Shown here: in pieces, positions 58,401 to 64,000 of the stretch
Position numbering within the stretch: position 1 is the first letter of the stretch
Layout of the letters: each line of letters opens with the position of its first letter
Assembly: GCA_036172245.1 (NCBI GenBank)
Contig: JAYWIR010000013.1
Coordinates: 2,232,001-2,296,000 of the forward strand
Length of the DNA: 64,000 bases
Reading direction: 5' to 3'
Source of the DNA: Raillietiella orientalis
Lineage: Eukaryota
The notes under the pieces: model-generated
The model's database searches: none
What the model saw: the letters and a program-made list of their open reading frames with translations, nothing else
Told to the model about the DNA's origin: nothing
Made by a program: the position numbers and the translations under genes

Positions 58401-60780
58401 CAGGCTCCGGGAGAGTCTCGAGGGGGGAATCTCCGACCGGAAACGTCAGTCAGGGAAAGGACCCTTCCTGGAGTCGCTCCCGGATCGATCGGGTGGGCAC
58501 AGCGCTCCTGCTTCACGCTCGCCAGGTGGAGAGGAGTGCCTAGCCCCGACTTCCTCGGGAAGAGAAGGGGGAGGGACAGGAGGACGGGCACGCTCGCCTC
58601 CCCTTGCCAGCCCTCCTCTCCTGCGGACGCGCGCCCGCGCTCCTTTCGCGCCGTCACCTGGCGGCGTCCGGAAGGCGGAAGGGCGGCAGGGGGGTTTCTA
58701 GGGGGAGCCGATTGCGAGGGCGACAACGGATCGCGAGTTCTTCCCTCCGCGCTCGCGCTGCCCCTTTGGTTAGCTGCAGGGACTCCTCGGCGCTCAGGAC
58801 GCGGCGGGATGGCTCCAGGGAAGACGGCTGTAGCCACCACGTTGGCCTTTCTCCAGGGAAGGAGGCGTCCCAGCCGGCAGCGCGCGTCTCCGCGTCCGAC
58901 CGAGGTTCAGCAGCTAACCTCTCAATCAGCCGGGATGGGACTTCGCCGAAGAGGGGGAGGCGAGGGACCATGTTCTCGAGGTATTCGTCCCTGCCTGTTC
59001 ACCCCATCGGACGCAGGAACAGCGTCCTGCGCGAGCCCGAAACAGGAGCATCTCAGGCCCGTTTCCGAAGCCGAAGAGGGCGCGGGTGTTGCTGGTGGCG
59101 GTTGTCGACGCCTCGGGACGCCGAAGCTACGGTAATGGGCGTGCTTCCAGCCGGCCAGGGAAGACGGGAAGACGTCTCAGAGCCCGACGTGGGGGTCTTC
59201 TGCCTGCTGTTGCAAGGGACCCGTCGTCGCACCGAGAGCTGAGGAGTCGGGACAGCGTCTCGGGGGCGGCCGCTGTCACTGCTCCGAGAGACGCGCTGGA
59301 GACGCAAGCCCTCCCCTGGGTCCTCTCTCGCACCTCATGCATTCCGTCCGAGCATCCCGTCCCCTCCTCTGAGGTAGAGGACACCGGACGGCCTCTTTTG
59401 GCGCTCCCTTCTCGGATTGTCTCCCGTCCGGGTCCTCTCGGAAGGGCCCCTCGTCAGTCCCACTTCCGCCATCGGGCCCCCCGCCGGTCGGGAGCGCGAC
59501 TCGGAGGGTGCCGGAGGCAAAACACGGAGGGCCCGCTTCCGAATCATCTCGTCTCTCTTCCTCTCCGTCTTCCCGTTTTCTTGCCCGCTAGAGAAGAAAA
59601 AGGAAAGCGAGGTCTCCGTTCCCAGGATCGCTGCTGATGCTCACGCAGAAGCAGAGCGGAGAGGAGCTTCCGGCATCCCTTCCTCTCTTGGACCGGCACG
59701 GCACCGCTTCCGGGCTCTTTCGAGGGCCGGAGGCACCAGACACCCTTGACGAGTCGCGAGGGCCGACCACCCTATCCTCTCCCTGAGGCGCCAGATCCAG
59801 GCCCACGGCACTGACCGGCTGGAGGCCATGAGCTCCCATCCTCCCTGAACCGGCTTCCGTGATCGCTTTGATCAAACAGCAGTAGTGACCCTCACTGATG
59901 ACCTTCGAGTTCCTCGTCGCCTTCAACTTTCAAGCTGGAAGACTCCGGGAATCTCCGCCTCCTCCCTCTCGGTAATGAGGTTTCGTCGGCTGGGCGAAAA
60001 GCTCCGTGGGCGTGCCACTCTGGGCTCGCGTTCGGCGTGGTTCCGCCGCGGCTCCTTTCCTGCGGCTGGAGGCAGTCCCGGAGGCTCCTCGCCCTTTACG
60101 AGGCTCTGCTCCTCCAGAAGAGACATCCTGCTGCGGCGCTTCCGGTGGACTTCCGGCATCACGCTGGCGTTCCTCTGCTTCGAGGAGCGCTGGACTGTCT
60201 TGACCTCCTACAGATGTTGCTGGCCGGAGTGAAACGATGGGGCCAATTGGCGGACCCGGAACACTAATTGGGTTAGCTGGTGTCCTGGTCACCGCCTCTT
60301 AAGGGCTTCCGTCGAGGGGAGGACCCATTCTTGTAACTCTGGAAGCGACAGCTACGCCTAACAGAGAACCCAGAGACCTAAAAAATGCTGCCGCCTCCGA
60401 TGGGATGACGGGTGACTCTCCAGCTAGAATATGGGTCTAAGACACAACAGCATCTGGACCCGCAAGGTCTTCTGCCTTGCAAAACGGTGGCATTCACAGA
60501 TTCCAGTCACGGTTCGCCGTGTCTCACAAGACATCTGTGTGACTCTTGAGGGAAAATTTCTCGAGGGTGATTCTGAGAGGTCTCCTGTCAGATCAGAGAA
60601 GTTTTTACAAATTCCATTCTCTCCACGGATAGATGAATTCGTCATCGAGTTCAAGACATTGAAATCATGTCAGTCCTTCTCTTTGTCAGAGCGAATTCAA
60701 TGGCGAATTTTCAGTATAGTACATGTATGCAATCGTGCTGATAACTTTTAGAAGGCTACGAGCGTTTACTGAAGATAGAG

Positions 60781-60818
60781 ATCTCTTCATCGGAAACTAA
60801 TGTTTTCGATGAAGAGAT
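60781..60818. repeat. AT-rich hairpin
   Basis: ATCTCTTCATCG-GAAAC-TAAT-GTTTT-CGATGAAGAGAT: 12-bp perfect stem plus 5 more pairs including one G-U. Confidence 0.8.
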
Positions 60819-61538
60819 GTTGAATGTTTCCGATTTTACTAATACAGATGTATTAGTAAATGATTGCATTTACGTTTGCCGTGGCCAATCGTTCGATCGA
60901 TTGCAAGTTTGACTCCCAGTCCCTCGAAGGAACATCCTCATCCTCATAGCAAACGTCTTCCAAGTATCTTGTCATCATCCTATCTGCTGGTGCATGGAAT
61001 CAAAGCATTGCATTCGAATAGTACGTTGTGGTTCGAACATTTTGTCTGGCAACACCTGTTTTAACCTTTGCACGGGAAACTCCGAGCAAGAAAAGCGTTT
61101 GCGGGCGCCCCGGAGAAGCTTCTCGAAGACGAGTTGCGAGAAGACAAGATTATAATAAACTTGCGTTATTATTGATTAATGAGAGTGACGTAAAGCTGGC
61201 GGACCCGCTTCTCAAGCGGCCCCATCGTCACCGTGTGAAGTGCGCCAACGTGCGGTCCGTTGCCACGAAAAGACTGCTCACCCAAGCGCATTTGTTTCAA
61301 GTCCTCCTCCTCGACAAATTGTGTCACTGTCTGAGACTTTCTGTGGTATTCAACGTCACACGGTGATCCATCCCGGAGAAGATTGGACTTCGATCTTCGG
61401 AGGAAACTTTTGAAGGATCAAGAAGAGTCCAGGGCTCTTTGAAAATCAGACTGACCGTGACCGAAAACAAGAAATGGCAGCTGCACTTCCAAGAGGATGA
61501 GATTTTGATCGGTGCCCCCACGTCCTTTTCAGCGAAGG

Positions 61539-61658
61539 ATGGACAAAGGCCGAGCTGTGGAAGTCGGGCTGCTGAGCCTGCTGCTGCTGCTGGAGCGACG
61601 GACGAATTGCGGCCATGTTTCTTCGTCCGCTGCAAATACCACAACATCTTTTTCGAAG
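61539..61658 (+). CDS. Possible first coding exon of a secreted or membrane protein continuing past the window
   Basis: Acceptor CCTTTTCAG ending 61532, ATG 61539, MDKGRAVEVGLLSLLLLLERRTNCGHVSSSAANTTTSFSK, consensus donor AAG|GTAAGT at 61658. No downstream exon recognised. Confidence 0.35.
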
Positions 61659-64000
61659 GTAAGTGCAGCCTCTAGAAAGAGTTGCTTTCGGGTGCCCTCC
61701 TTTTCGGTGCCGCCTGGGACTCATCTAAACTCCGAAGAGAAGAGAAACCTTCAACCGTGAAGAGAGAAAGGCGTGTCCCGCGTCTCCTCCAGTAGCTTTT
61801 TCGCTTCCGGGATCGGAACCGACCGTCTCCGCTCCCCACATCTGGAAAGCGCATCGTAGTTCCCTTCCTCGCCCACCGCTGGCAGAGCAGCCAGAGGGAC
61901 AGCTGCTGAAGGAGGCACCTTCGAGGAAAGGCGAGCTTCCAGGGCTCGCTACCGTGCCAGCCAGAAGGCAGCTTCCCCCTTCTCTGGGCATCGCCCCGAC
62001 AGCCTCTCCTTCTCCCCCTCCCCCCCCGCCCTCCTTCCTCTAATGCGAGCGAGAGACCTCGCTGCTGGCCTGCTCATCACGCACTGGATGATTCACGCAG
62101 CTTCCTCGCGTGCGGTTCTGGGTAACTTGGGGGACGCCCAAGGTCTCGGCAGCCCCCGCCGCCCATTGCCTCTTCTCACTCCGGCTCGATAACTGGCGAG
62201 AACCGGGAGGCTGCTGCTGCGCCTTGTCCACTGGAAGTCGGAACGCTCGAGCGAAACCCCGAGAGGCACGGGAAAGCCAGGGTGGAGGCGCCCGCCTCAT
62301 AAGGGAAGCTTTTCTTGGGGAGGATCGCCCCTAACGAAGGAAGGTTGGGGAGGAAGGCAGCTGCTTGCCACTGTCCGCAGAGGATTGGAGCCGCCCAGGG
62401 AGATCCACGTTTCCCCTGACCACCGATTCCAGCCGCCCCCGAGTTGCCAAGGAGAGTTCCCCGCGTGGATTGATCTCCACCACGAGGTCGCATCCCCTCC
62501 CCGTGGGAAGGTGGAGCCAGCCGCAGGGCGACGGTTGTGAAGCAAGGGAGCAGTAACCCCGGAGGCCCACGCGAGAGTGGCAGCTGAAGGGGAGGTGCCC
62601 ACGGAAGCGACCCGCAGCCTTCTCCGGGGGACCGCGAAGTGATGCCAGGCGGGTTCCGTTCCCCCCCAGGAGGAAATTCCTCCTCGTGGGGAGCCAGGAG
62701 GGAAGGAAGAGGGAGAGTGACCTCTTGGGCCGCCGTTTCCAGCATGCTCGTCCGTCTTCACGAACGAGGACACTCCTTGTGGGAGTAGAGTCCTCCTCCT
62801 ACGAAACGACATCCCTGCGAATGAACAAAAAGCATGGAATTTCGTGGAGGGTTGGAACAGGAATGGAAGAGGTCAGGTCTACAGGCAAGGGCAAGCAGGG
62901 GCGGGACGCACGGACCCCACGGCAATCGGAACCCTCTGGGATCAGCATTTTCTACCAGACTCCCCTGGGCATTACCGAAACACGGAGAGGGGGGGTACCA
63001 ACCGATTTCCCAATGAGGGCCCCACAGGGGGAGGAGGGGGTGCTATCCAAGGCGCGGTCGGTCCGGGGAGCGAGAAAGTCTGAGGCGACCAGAGGGAGAG
63101 TACGTAAGGAAACAGCTGATGGGATGAGCTGGGATCCTCCCGGGGCAGCCGAGGAGGGAACCTCCACTGCGAAGATGGGCCGAAACCGCGTCCTCGCCAC
63201 CACGCGCCGCAGAGACGGGACCACCCCCACGTCACACGTGCGGGGGAGACGTCTCGCGAGGTCTTCAGGAGCGCCGTCCGGTCCGGACGGCGCTCCTGAA
63301 GGCTCGGAAGGCGCCCTCTGCCACCGCAGGGGCAGGAGCCTCTCGTCGGGTCAGGCGCACCGTGGGGGATGCAGGAAGTGGCGCTACCGCCGCACTTCCC
63401 AAGGTCGCCTCAATGCTGCCCCAGGCAGCTGGACGCCCTCAAAGCGAGGCGGTAATGCTCGGGGGGAGGGAGGGAAGGGAAGGACGTGCGCCCAGGCTGG
63501 CGCCCCGTGGAGCTGCCCGTCTGGAGTTGCGGAGCGTTTCGTTCTGCCAGCGCTCCCTCAGGGCTTTTTGACCAGCGTCTCGTGGTTTGGAGCGGGGGAG
63601 AGGTCTCGCCCTGCGGTGACGCGGAATCTCAATGCGCGTCCTGCGGTCTCTGCGTCGTTCGCTTGACCATTTGGCGCCATGGCGTGCCTTTCAGCGATGG
63701 ACCCTCACGGACGCAGCCCACGATCGGTACCAAGGTGCCCTGGGATAGGGATGACTCTTCCCCCCCCCCCACAAACACCGAGTTTCCATTCTCCCAAGGT
63801 CTCTTGGGACCGCGTCAGACGGATAGTACCCCGGGTCGGAGGCAGGCGGCCTGTTTCCCGGATAGCGCGCGCGCTGCAGTGGAGCCATGCAAGCTGTTGG
63901 TCACATTTGTGTAGGGGCAGGCCTCCTCGGGGGGCCGCTCGCCTCAGTCGTAGGGCGACTCGCGGGAGTACCGTCGCCCCGGAGCGGTGTCTTCGTAGGA

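Noticed and set aside
1..64000. Hundreds of long Arg/Pro/Gly/Ala-rich ORFs in the six-frame track (e.g. 28448-30037, 30918-32063, 57788-58840, 62686-63666)
   Set aside because: Expected from stop-codon scarcity at high GC. They are off-frame or antisense to spliced exons, or intronic, with no recognisable domains beyond embedded exon segments.

Overview
Eukaryotic, GC-rich, intron-dense DNA, most likely arthropod (TCAGT initiators; Gyc89D-type guanylyl cyclase). Nearly all entries in the six-frame ORF track are GC-driven artefacts; the real genes are spliced. Contents in order: (1) the middle and 3' part of an axonemal inner-arm dynein heavy chain gene (DNAH10/Dhc98D type), + strand, <1-21750. 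(2) A near-identical inverted partial copy of it on the - strand (38228-23539; x maps to 29758-x for x=1..6219), broken inside the AAA2 arginine-finger codon. With two short mirrored segments this makes an interrupted palindrome centred on a tRNA-type SINE at ~23.3 kb. (3) A family of 4-exon secreted proteins I do not recognise: an intact copy (39400-40203 +), a disabled copy (22838-22022 -) and a remnant (23449-23540). (4) An older, decayed dynein exon fragment (38818-38735). (5) A 2-exon gene for a 64-aa prepropeptide with an Arg/Pro/Gly/aromatic tail, antimicrobial-peptide-like (43774-43521 -). (6) An atypical O2-sensor-type soluble guanylyl cyclase (46217-50714 +). (7) Repeats, microsatellites and AT-rich hairpins from 51 to 64 kb, with a possible first exon at 61539-61658. 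Family assignments rest on motif recognition from memory; no searches were run.
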